In this document: positions 52,846 to 64,000 of the stretch, one piece after another
Layout: every line of letters begins with the position of its first letter
Position numbering within the stretch: position 1 is the first letter of the stretch
From: Eledone cirrhosa
Lineage: Eukaryota
DNA: 64,000 nucleotides
Assembly: GCA_964016885.1 (NCBI GenBank)
Contig: OZ024764.1
Location: forward strand, 10,974,001-11,038,000
Reading direction: 5' to 3'
Made by a program: the position numbers and the translations under genes
The notes under the pieces: generated by a model
Databases searched by the model: none
What the model saw: the letters and a program-made list of their open reading frames with translations, nothing else
Told to the model about the DNA's origin: nothing

Positions 52846-54457
52846 AAACTAGACCACCCGTGACCGTTGGGTCAAGTTCACTTCAAAATGTTTTTAAAAA
52901 ACGATGTTCACTTAAAAATAATAATTTTTAAATAATTAAAATATACACAGACATGTATATAATGTGAAATGAAACTGGAAGGTCCATATATATATGTGTG
53001 TGTATATATATAAATGTGTGTGTTTATATACATATGTGTGTGTGTGTATATATATATATGTGGGTGTCTGTGATCTATATACACTAGTCATACACACACA
53101 CATATATATATATATATACACAACACCACCAGCTCTCTCTCTTCCATTCTCCTTATCTGTCTCCTTTCCCTCTCTCTCTATGTCTCTCTTTCAATCTATT
53201 CTCTCGCAACCACTATCTCTTTCCCTCTCTCTGTCTCTCTATGTTTATGAAGGTATACTTAGAAAAACCTCATATATTGGGAACCCGTGCCTCGAGTTAC
53301 ACAAAACTTGTTTTATTTCATTTGTATTCCCATTTCAGGGGCACCTTCCTTTCAAAGTATTTCCCCATTATGCACCCTTTTGGCTGTATTACATTACAGA
53401 CAAGCAAGCAATCACATACTTTTAGTAATATATAGATTTGTACACACGCCAAATTCTTTTTTTAACCTGTTGACCGCCACATATGTTTTACACAGTTACA
53501 GTTGCTGCACTAGTTTTTTTTTTCCATTAAAACGACTATTTTTTTAAACAAATATTTATTAACAACACATATCTGAATGATTGACAAGTGTCACATCAAT
53601 AAACTAGTAACCCCATCTAGCTTTGAAGTTATGAACTGTTGGAAAAGAGTTCAAACATGTTACGATGAGTTATCTTGTCCCTGGCACTGGAGTGCATACA
53701 TGTTAAGACGAGATATCTTGTCTACGGCACTGAAGAGGTTAATGGAAAACCCCATCTCAGCCACTGAACAGAACAGCCAAATTTTCATAAAAATTAAAAT
53801 GTCTAGTTTGAATTTTGAGAAGAAAGAAATCTTATTGGTCTGCTTATATATTCCGTAGCGTTTAGCATCACACAAAGAAATGAATCCCTCAGATAAAAGT
53901 AAAATATGGTAAAAATATTTATAGGATAATAAAACAGCAATGACACCACACCAACATGCACCACCACCATTGTTACATGAACACCACCACAAAAGTATAT
54001 GAAACAAGTATCAAAGTTCCACTACTACCACTGCGACAAGAACATCAGCTACAACAACATCATCATCATCATCATACGCCCGCTGTTCCCTGCTTGCAAT
54101 GGTATGATGGGTACTTTTCAGCACAGCATCTCTCCACTTGTCACGGTCCTTCGTCATCTCCTCCATGAGCTTCAGAGATCTGAGGTCAGCTCTCACTACA
54201 TCCACCCATGATTTCCCCTACTGCGTCTTCCTTCTACTGGGACTATTTGGCACTTCTTTACCTAGCGGTCATCCTCCATGCGCATCACATATCCATACCA
54301 ATGCAGTCTTCTCTCCCGCACACTACAGCTTATCCCTCTTATACACAGTTTCTCTCTCAATTCATGTATACTTGCTTGTTCACGTACATTGACATTGCAC
54401 ATCCAACGGAGCATGCTTGCTTCATTTCTCTACAACATAAAATAATATTTTACTTAC

Positions 54458-54782
54458 ATCTATAGTAGCATTTTTCATAGTCGTCTTGTAATTTATCGGC
54501 AGCAACAACACTATTTGGTAAGAAAATCTTGCAAACACTGGTGTTAACGTCATAACTGAAGAGGTCTGACTGACTGTTTAAAGCAGCCATGGCACATTGC
54601 CCTTCACAGTTGTATTTGGTGAATCCATGTGGTGGAGGGTTGATGAGGTACTTGTAGGAATAGCCAGAAGCAAAATAATTGTAGATGGCTTCATTAAATT
54701 CCCCATCTACAGAAATGGTCAGATCTGTTGCAAGGATTAAGAGCATCAGCAACATGTTGGTCAAAACTGGACACTTGGACAT
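54458..54782 (-). CDS. Secreted-protein gene, coding exon 1: signal peptide plus Cys-containing, possibly PAN/apple-like module
   Basis: Acceptor AG at 54789-54788, ATG at 54782, hydrophobic MLLMLLILA stretch, CEGQCAM...FSYD...CKIF, GTAAGT donor at 54457, phase 1. Confidence 0.8.
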
Positions 54783-55132
54783 TGTATCTGTAAATTGGAC
54801 AGAATAAAGAGAGAGAGGGGCTGATAAATAAATAGGAAGTGGATAGATATAGAGGAGGGAGGGATTGACATGAGGAGGGAGGATGTAGTAAGAGAAGATA
54901 TTTGAGAGTGATAGAAAGATAGCAGGAGTTAGACGGGTCCTATTTTGAGGCAAGTTGTATTGGGTGACCGTGTCTCGCTCAAATAGGGGTGGTTCTGGTA
55001 TATATATATATATATACTATGTGGGTGTGTAAATGTATATATGCAGGTATGTGTGGGACTGGTTGCGTGTACCAGAAACAGCCAAGGCTCTGATACCATA
55101 AACACAGAGCTGGCATATCTAAGAACCGACTA

Positions 55133-55186
55133 ACTGCCTGATGAGGTCATAGCCATTCAATGGCTATCATCGAAATATATAGCAGT
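55133..55186 (+). ncRNA. Minimal type-I hammerhead ribozyme motif
   Basis: ACTGC-CTGATGA-ggtc-ATAGCCA-ttcaa-TGGCTAT-catc-GAAAT-at-ATA/GCAGT; AATAAA follows. Confidence 0.75.
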
Positions 55187-55231
55187 AAATAAAGGATTAT
55201 GAGTTCATGCAATTGACTTATGTTTCGTCAC

Positions 55232-55234
<3 letters not shown>

Positions 55235-55262
<28 letters not shown>

Positions 55263-55998
55263 TGTTGGGTGGCTGTTGACTCTCGAGTATTCTTCCACCC
55301 TTTGTGTGTATATATATATATACACATATTGTTGGGTGGCTGTTGACTCTCGAGTATTCTTCCACCATTTGTGTATATATATATATATACACACATTGTT
55401 GGGTGGCTGTTGACTCTCAAGTATTCTTCCACCCTTTGTGTGTATATATATATATATACACGCATTGTTGGGTGGCTGTTGACTCTCGAGTATTCTTCCA
55501 CCCTTTGTGTGTATATATATATATATATACACACATTGTTGGGTGGCTGTTGACTCTCGAGTATTCTTCCACCCTTTGTGTGTATATATATATATATATA
55601 CACACATTGTTGGGTGGCTGTTGACTCTCGAGTATTCTTCCACCCTTTGTGTGTATATATATATATACACACATTGTTGGGTGGCTGTTGACTCTCGAGT
55701 ATTCTTCCACCCTTTGTGTGTATATATATATATATACACGCATTGTTGGGTGGCTGTTGACTCTCGAGTATTCTTCCACCCTTTGTGTGTATATATATAT
55801 ATATATACACACATTGTTGGGTGGCTGTTGACTCTCGAGTATTCTTCCACCCTTTGTGTGTATATATATATATATATACACACATTGTTGGGTGGCTGTT
55901 GACTCTCGAGTATTCTTCCACCCTTTGTGTGTATATATATATATACACACATTGTTGGGTGGCTGTTGACTCTCGAGTATTCTTCCACCCTTTGTGTG

Positions 55999-56029
<31 letters not shown>

Positions 56030-56631
56030 TGTTGGGTGGCTGTTGACTCTCGAGTATTCTTCCACCCTTTGTGTGTATATATATATATATATACACACAT
56101 TGTTGGGTGGCTGTTGACTCTCGAGTATTCTTCCACCCTTTGTGTGTATATATATATATATATACACACACTGTTGGGTGGCTGTTGACTCTCAAGTATT
56201 CTTCCACCCTTTGTGTGTATATATATATATATACACGCATTGTTGGGTGGCTGTTGACTCTCGAGTATTCTTCCACCCTTTGTGTGTATATATATATATA
56301 TATACACACATTGTTGGGTGGCTGTTGACTCTCGAGTATTCTTCCACCCTTTGTGTGTATATATATATATATATACACACATTGTTGGGTGGCTGTTGAC
56401 TCTCGAGTATTCTTCCACCCTTTGTGTGTATATATATATATACACACATTGTTGGGTGGCTGTTGACTCTCGAGTATTCTTCCACCCTTTGTGTATATAT
56501 ATATATATATACACACATTGTTGAGTGGCTGTTGACGCTCGAGTATTCTTCCACCCTTTGTGTGTATATATATATATACACACATTGTTGGGTGGCTGTT
56601 GACTCTCGAGTATTCTTCCACCCTTTGTGTG

Positions 56632-56662
<31 letters not shown>

Positions 56663-56945
56663 TGTTGGGTGGCTGTTGACTCTCGAGTATTCTTCCACCC
56701 TTTGTGTGTATATATATATATATATACACACATTGTTGGGTGGCTGTTGACTCTCGAGTATTCTTCCACCCTTTGTGTGTATATATATATATATATACAC
56801 ACATTGTTGGGTGGCTGTTGACTCTCGAGTATTCTTCCACCCTTTGTGTGTATATATATATATATATATACACACATTGTTGGGTGGCTGTTGACTCTCG
56901 AGTATTCTTCCACCCTTTGTGTGTATATATATATATACACACACA
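55235..56945. repeat. ~70-bp minisatellite (~24 copies) with quasi-palindromic core and variable (TA)n
   Basis: Core attgttgggtggctgttgactctcgagtattcttccaccctttgtgtg. Confidence 0.95.
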
Positions 56946-56952
56946 CATATAT

Positions 56953-59900
56953 AAAGTCTAAAGTCTGTTTTAAGACAGAAGGTTCATTTGGCCAATGTTT
57001 ATCCTGGTTTCATGGCGTGAAGCATCTGAGAGTAGAAGACTTCCCCCTGGACAGGACACCAGTCCATCACAGGGTTAAACCCCCAGCTATTACTGGTACT
57101 TATCCTGGTTTCATGGCCTGAGGCAACTGAGAGTAGAAGACTTCCCCCTGGACAGGACACCAGTCCATCACAGGGTTAAACCCCCAGCTATTACTGGTAC
57201 TTATCCTGGTTTCATGGCGTGAAGCGACTGAGAGTACAAGACTTCCCCCCTGGACAGGACACCAGTCCATCACAGGGTTAAACCCCCAGCTATTACTGGT
57301 ACTTATCCCGGTTTCATGGTGTGAAGTGACTGAGAGTACAAGACTTCCCCCTGGACAGGACACCAGTCCATCACAGGGTTAAACCCCCAGCTATTACTGG
57401 TACTTATCCTGGTTTCATGGCGTGAAGCATCTGAGAGTAGAAGACTTCCCCCTGGACAGGACACCAGTCCATCACAGGGTTAAACCCCCAGCTATTACTG
57501 GTACTTATCCTGGTTTCATGGCCTGAGGCAACTGAGAGTAGAAGACTTCCCCCTGGACAGGACACCAGTCCATCACAGGGTTAAACCCCCAGCTATTACT
57601 GGTACTTATCCTGGTTTCATGGCGTGAAGCGACTGAGAGTACAAGACTTCCCCCCTGGACAGGACACCAGTCCATCACAGGGTTAAACCCCCTGCTATTA
57701 CTGGTACTTATCCCGGTTTCATGGTGTGAAGTGACTGAGAGTACAAGACTTCCCCCTGGACAGGACACCAGTCCATCACAGGGTTAAACCCCCAGCTATT
57801 ACTGGTACTTATCCCGGTTTCATGGTGTGAAGCAACTGAGAGTTTAAGACTTCCCCCTGGACAGGACACCAGTCCATCACAGGGTTAAACCCCCAGCTAT
57901 TACTGGTACTTATCCTGGTTTCATGGCGTGAAGCATCTGAGAGTAGAAGACTTCCCCCTGGACAGGACACCAGTCCATCACAGGGTTAAACCCCCAGCTA
58001 TTACTGGTACTTATCCTGGTTTCATGGCGTGAAGCATCTGAGAGTAGAAGACTTCCCCCTGGACAGGACACCAGTCCATCACAGGGTTAAACCCCCAGCT
58101 ATTACTGGTACTTATCCTGGTTTCATGGCGTGAAGCATCTGAGAGTAGAAGACTTCCCCCTGGACAGGACACCAGTCCATCACAGGGTTAAACCCCCAGC
58201 TATTACTGGTACTTATCCTGGTTTCATGGCGTGAAGCATCTGAGAGTAGAAGACTCCCCCCTGGACAGGACACCAGTCCATCACAGGGTTAAACCCTCAG
58301 CTATTACTGGTACTTATCCTGGTTTCATGGCGTGAAGCATCTGAGAGTAGAAGACTTCCCCCTGGACAGGACACCAGTCCATCACAGGGTTAAACCCCCA
58401 GCTATTACTGGTACTTATCCTGGTTTCATGGCGTGAAGCGACTGAGAGTAGAAGACTTCCCCCTGGACAGGACACCAGTCCATCACAGGGTTAAACCCCC
58501 AGCTATTACTGGTACTTATCCTGGTTTCATGGCGTGAAGCAACTGAGAGTACAAGACTCCCCCCTGGACAGGACACCAGTCCATCACAGGGTTAAACCCC
58601 CAGCTATTACTGGTACTTATCCTGGTTTCATGGCGTGAAGCGACTGAGAGTAGAAGACTTCCCCCTGGACAGGACACCAGTCCATCACAGGGTTAAACCC
58701 CCAGCTATTACTGGTACTTATCCTGGTTTCATGGCGTGAAGCATCTGAGAGTAGAAGACTTCCCCCTGGACAGGACACCAGTCCATCACAGGGTTAAACC
58801 CCCAGCTATTACTGGTACTTATCCTGGTTTCATGGTCTGAAGCATCTGAGAGTAGAAGACTTCCCCCTGGACAGGACACCAGTCCATCACAGGGTTAAAC
58901 CCCCAGCTATTACTGGTACTTATCCTGGTTTCATGGCGTGAAGTGAGTGAGAGTAGAAGACTTCCCCCTGGACAGGACACCAGTCCATCACAGGGTTAAA
59001 CCCCCAGCTATTACTGGTACTTATCCTGGTTTCATGGCATGAAGCAACTGAGAGTAGAAGACTTCCCCCTGGACAGGACACCAGTCCATCACAGGGTTAA
59101 ACCCCCAGCTATTACTGGTACTTATCCTGGTTTCATGGCGTGAAGCGACTGAGAGTAGAAGACTTCCCCCTGGACAGGACACCAGTCCATCACATGGTTA
59201 AAACCCTTGCTATTACTGGTACTTATCCTGGTTTCATGGCTTGAAGCATCTGAGAGTAGAAGACTTCCCCCTGGACAGGACACCAGTCCATCACAGGGTT
59301 AAACCCCCAGCTATTACTGGTACTTATCCTGGTTTCATGGCGTGAAGCAACTGAGAGTAGAAGACTTCCCCCTGGACAGGACACCAGTCCATCATAGGGT
59401 TAAACCCCCAGCTATTACTGGTACTTATCCTGGTTTCATGGTCTGAAGCATCTGAGAGTAGAAGACTTCCCCCTGGACAGGACACCAGTCCATCACAGGG
59501 TTAAACCCCCAGCTATTACTGGTACTTATCCTGGTTTCATGGCGTGAAGTGAGTGAGAGTAGAAGACTTCCCCCTGGACAGGACACCAGTCCATCACAGG
59601 GTTAAACCCCTAGCTATTACTGGTACTTATCCTGGTTTCATGGCTTGAAGCATCTGAGAGTAGAAGACTTCCCCCTGGACAGGACACCAGTCCATCACAG
59701 GGTTAAACCCCCAGCTATTACTGGTACTTATCCTGGTTTCATGGCGTGAAGCAACTGAGAGTAGAAGACTTCCCCCTGGACAGGACACCAGTCCATCACA
59801 GGGTTAAACTCCCAGCTATTACTGGTACTTATCCTGGTTTCATGGCGTGAAGCATCTGAGAGTAGAAGACTTCCCCCTGGACAGGACACCAGTCCATCAC

Positions 59901-60365
59901 AGAGTTAAACTCCCAGCTATTACTGGTACTTATCCTGGTTTCATGGTGTGAAGTGACTGAGAGTAGAAGACTTCCCCCTGGACAGGACACCAGTCCATCA
60001 CAGGGTTAAACCCCCAGCTATTACTGGTACTTATCCTGGTTTCATGGCGTGAAGCATCTGAGAGTAGAAGACTTCCCCTGGACAGGACACCAGTCCATCA
60101 CAGGGTTAAACCCCCAGCTAATACTGGTACTTATCCTGGTTTCATGGTGTGAAGCAACTGAGAGTAGAAGACTTCCCCCTGGACAGGACACCAGTCCATC
60201 ACAGGGTTAAACCCCCAGCTATTACTGGTATTCATTTTCAGCTGAGTATACTGGAGTAACGTGAAATGAAGTGTCTTGCTCAAGAACACAACACGCAACC
60301 CAGGAATCGAACCCACAACATTATGGTCGTAAGTCCAACACCCTTACCACTAGGCTACATGCCTC
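56953..60365 (-). mobile_element. Single SINE (head 60365-60231, tail 56998-56953) whose body is expanded as a 101-bp x ~32 array
   Basis: A/B boxes and CORE-like head precede the array and a GACTTTAGACTT tail follows it; one-unit relatives at 17620-17840 and 23920-24137. Confidence 0.9.
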
Positions 60366-60401
<36 letters not shown>

Positions 60402-60724
60402 GGAGGCACATGGCTTAGTGGTTAGAGCATTGGCCTTGCAATCGAAAGGTTGTGAGTTCAATTCTCAGACCGGGTGATGTGTTGTTTCCTTGAGCAAGAC
60501 ACTTTATTTCACATTGCTCCAGTTTACTCAGCTGTAGAAATGAGATGATAGGGACTGGGGTCCCTATCACTCCACTGCAAAGTGGTCGTGGAGGTGCCAC
60601 GGCAAAAAAGCACCCAGCACTCACGGTAAATGAGGTTGGTGTTAGGAAGGGCATCCAGCTGTAGAAATCAAGCCAGAATCAGTTCCCGTCCCACCCTTGC
60701 AAGCAGGGAAAAGCGGACATAAAA

Positions 60725-60758
<34 letters not shown>
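60402..60758 (+). mobile_element. Full-length composite SINE
   Basis: As 52443, but with the alternative RTE tail (cccttgcaagcagggaaaagcggac). Confidence 0.85.
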
Positions 60759-60759
<1 letters not shown>

Positions 60760-60859
60760 ATATATATATGGCATAACAAGTTATCATTATAGGTTAGAGT
60801 TAGAGGTTGTGAGTACTCTGTATTGTGGATAGTTTTAACGTATGGCGTTGTTTGACTCA

Positions 60860-61140
60860 ACAAGATGTTTCCATAGTTAGGTAGCGAGTTCGAGAATTCC
60901 TATGCTTGTTATACTTGGAGTAATAATTGTGAAAGATTGAAGAATAACATGGTCAGTTGTACAACAAGGGGCTTTATTTCAAGTATTAACAATTGTTTCA
61001 TTAATCAGGTGAGAGTAAAGGCTGCTGATCACTCAAAGTTGTGTCACTCGACCACAAATACAGTGCGTCACTCTGATCAAATCCTAAGAATACTAAAGAA
61101 TTCACATATGGCAATGGTATATATAGAGATACAGCATAGA
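60860..61140 (+). mobile_element. Penelope-like fragment, inverted relative to 62283-62495
   Basis: The two ORF-track translations are near-identical (RGFISSINNCFI...ILKNSHMAM). Confidence 0.6.
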
Positions 61141-61861
61141 AACAAAACAATAACATCAATAATAAAATATAATGATAAATAGAGTTTCTACTTTTGGCAC
61201 ACCACTGGTACTTTATTTTATCGACCTCGTAAGGATGAAAGGCAAAGTTAACCTCGGTGGATTTGAACTCAGAATGTAAAGGGCCATAACTATGCTGAAA
61301 AACATGGTGTCTGACGCTCTACCGATACTGCCAAACCACGATAAATAGGTAAAGAAGTTGCAGATGTAAAAAGTTAAAAAATAAATAAATAAATAAAAAA
61401 TAAGTAAATGTATATAAGTACAGAATACGATAGTTGATAATAGTGATGGTGGTGAGTAAGTGTCGGTATAAGGATGTGGGGGTGGAGGTAGTACTAACAC
61501 GAAAAGCAATATTAGATACATACATACGTGTAGAGAATAAAAGGTAGTATCAAAAATGACATAAAAGAAAAAACAATAAATTAAAAATTAAGCGAGAGAT
61601 AGGATGAGATATAAGGACTAAGGATGGATGGAGAAGGGGAGTTTGATATGTGAGTGGGGTAAATATTTAGCCTGCTGATTATCTTATCTTAATTGGGTTG
61701 ATGTGGCTTCAGGGAGAGTGTGTGAGAGTGAAAGAAAGGTTAAGAGATTTATGATCTAGTGACCAGCTGGTCAGTTGACAGCTGATAACGGTGTGGTGGT
61801 ATGTATTCTGTACATTAACATCTGGGTGGTTCAGTTCGAATTTTGGGATTGCTGGGTCGAA

Positions 61862-62495
61862 TCATGCTGGTTTGAAATTTGTGAACTTGGTAGCTGCTTT
61901 GTGGCTACAGAAAATTGATCTTTCTATTTTGCTGTTAAGCAGCATCTTATCGTACTTTAAAATATGGAATAGCTCCATATTGCAAAGTCCGCAGTGGGAC
62001 ATTCCATTGTTGTAGGCCCTTGCTCCCGATAATTTTGACCAGCTAATCCCATATTCCTGGTTTGTGTTCTTAAACTGCCAGATTTTATTGGTCAGCGTTG
62101 TAGAGTTCTCTAGTCTATGGTTTTTCATGGAGTGTCTGTGAACATACCATCTTTTTTTTAACTCCCCAGCCGTGGAACCTATGTAGTGCCATGTTAAGTT
62201 GCCTGAATTTATAGTACACAGGTACATCGTACTTGAATCCAGGCATCTATTTTGTAGCGCGTACTTATCCGGTAGGTGGCAGTTACCTGTGTGCAGGTTC
62301 TATATATGCCATTGCCATATGTGAATTCTTTAGTATTCTGAGGATTTGATCAGAGGTAAACACTGTATTTGAGGTCGAGTGATGCAACTTCGAGTGATTA
62401 GCGGCTTTTAGACTCACCTGATCAATGAAACAATTGTTAATACTTGAAATAAAGCCCCTTGTACAGCCGACCATGTTATTCTTTAATCTTTCACT
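61862..62495 (-). mobile_element. Penelope-like element GIY-YIG endonuclease remnant
   Basis: NCHLPDKYALQNRCLDSSTMYLC...YIGST...KKRWYVH...NSTTLTNKIWQFK...CGLCNME...LLN...CSH. Confidence 0.85.
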
Positions 62496-62517
62496 ATATA
62501 TATATACATATATATAT

Positions 62518-62870
62518 AAAATAAAGTTAAATAAAAGTCAAATGATTAAAATTTAGCTTCGTTTATTACTGCTATATATATTTCAGTGACAGCCATCTTT
62601 GGCTGTGACCTCTTCAGGCAGTTTGAATTAGTATGGTATAGAAAAGTACATATGACTCCAGTTCCCCAGTGAATTAACAACCCAACAAGGAACTGGGCAT
62701 ATCAGAGTATTGACAATATCATACACCTAAACAACATATGTACTTGTCTATACCATACTAATTCAAACTGCCTGAAGAGATCACAGCCAAAGATGGCTGT
62801 CACTGAAATATATATAGCAGTAATAAACGAAGCTAAATTTTAATCATTTGATTTTTATTTAACTTTATTT
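62518..62870. ncRNA. Inverted repeat with two complete hammerhead motifs (62568-62622 -, 62767-62821 +)
   Basis: ACTGC-CTGAAGA-g(a/g)tc-ACAGCCA-aaga-TGGCTGT-cact-GAAAT-atat-ATA/GCAGT; same family as 55133 with a compensatory stem II change. Confidence 0.8.
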
Positions 62871-63226
62871 TACACTACTCCGGAGTAACCAAACCAACCT
62901 GCGCACTTCGTCGAGTGCTCCAGCCTGCATATTGAGGTGTTGGTATACAACCAACATAAACTCAAAATCTACATATATATATATGTATATATATATGTAT
63001 ATATATATATTATATATATATATATAATATATAAATATATTATACAGATGATACATAAAAGCAGTGAAATTCAAGTACTAAAGTGTAACATAGTCAATTT
63101 ATTTAGCAATAATGAAAAAATACCGTGTTTATATAAATGGTATTTATATGTGTATGTATCTGTACACACACACACACAGACACACACACTACATACATAC
63201 AAAGTATGTAGAAAATTATGAAAAAA

Positions 63227-63245
63227 ACTTACCTTTTCTAGGACT
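63227..63245 (-). other. Candidate splice donor (AAG/GTAAGT) of a non-coding first exon of the secreted-protein gene
   Basis: Perfect donor consensus upstream of the 54787 acceptor; linkage is unproven. Confidence 0.35.
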
Positions 63246-63317
63246 GATAATAGAACGTGTGTTATATATTGTTAACTGAGGAGCTGATGTCAGGACTTCT
63301 GATGATGTTAATATTAT

Positions 63318-64000
63318 CTACAGATGTCAGTAGTGTCTACAGATTTTGGTATTGTCTACAGATGTCAGTAGTGTCTACAGATTTTGGTATTGTCTACAGA
63401 TGTGAGTATTCTCTAGAGATGTCAGTGTGGTCTAGAGATGTCAGTATTAACTACAGATGTCAGTGTGGTCTACAGATGTCAGTAGTGTCTACAGATGTCA
63501 GTATTCTCTACAGATGTCAGTATTCTCTACAGATGTCAGTAGTGCCTACAGATGTCAGTAGTGCCTACAGATGTTGGTATTGTCTACAGATGTCAGTAGT
63601 GTCTACAGATGTCAGTATTCTCTACAGATGTCAGTATTCTCTACAGATGTCAGTAGTGCCTACAGATGTCAGTAGTGCCTACAGATGTCAGTAGTGCCTA
63701 CAGATGTTGGTATTGTCTACAGATGTCAGTATTCTCTACAGATGTCAGTATTCTCTACAGATGTCAGTAGTGTCTACAGATGTCAGTATTCTCTACAAAT
63801 GTCAGTAGTGTCTACAGATGTCAGTAGTGTCTACAGATGTCAGTATTCTCTACAGATGTCAGTAGTGTCTACAGATGTCAGTATTCTCTACAGATGTCAG
63901 TAGTGTCTACAGATGTCAGTATTCTCTACAGATGTCAGTATTCTCTACAGATGTCAGTAGTGCCTACAGATGTTGGTATTGTCTACAGATGTCAGTATTA
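63318..64000. repeat. 19-bp minisatellite (~36 copies, runs off the window)
   Basis: ctacagatgtcagta(gtgt/ttct/gtgc). Confidence 0.95.

Noticed and set aside
53660-53890. Possible extra exon of the secreted-protein gene
   Set aside because: In-frame stop, no clear donor, and the flanking exons already join in phase.
55235-60230. CRISPR-like appearance of the regular arrays
   Set aside because: No unique spacers, no cas genes, eukaryotic context.

Overview
AT-rich, microsatellite-dense eukaryotic DNA, most likely a coleoid cephalopod (octopus-like); the taxon is inferred from the KRAB-less C2H2 tandem cluster and the SINE/RTE/Penelope content. Positions 1-31.3 kb hold five tandem + strand C2H2 zinc-finger genes (one partial; 20, 13, 7 and 6+1 fingers). 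ZNF-2 to ZNF-5 each have a single coding exon behind a conserved splice acceptor, and three keep a conserved Ets-motif promoter/5'-exon block. Positions 43.6-54.8 kb hold a spliced - strand gene for a secreted protein, with four phase-compatible coding exons that the ORF track does not join. The rest is SINEs, RTE/CR1/Penelope/mariner fragments, MITEs and large minisatellites, most of which expanded from inside retroelements. The main unannotated signal is about a dozen type-I hammerhead ribozyme motifs (CTGANGA...GAAA...NUH with covarying stem I) from several unrelated families. They sit mostly in fold-back inverted repeats in (TA)n tracts, next to a Penelope GIY-YIG remnant, and one lies in sense orientation directly after the ZNF-3 stop codon. 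All calls are by eye, with no database search; repeat boundaries are approximate.
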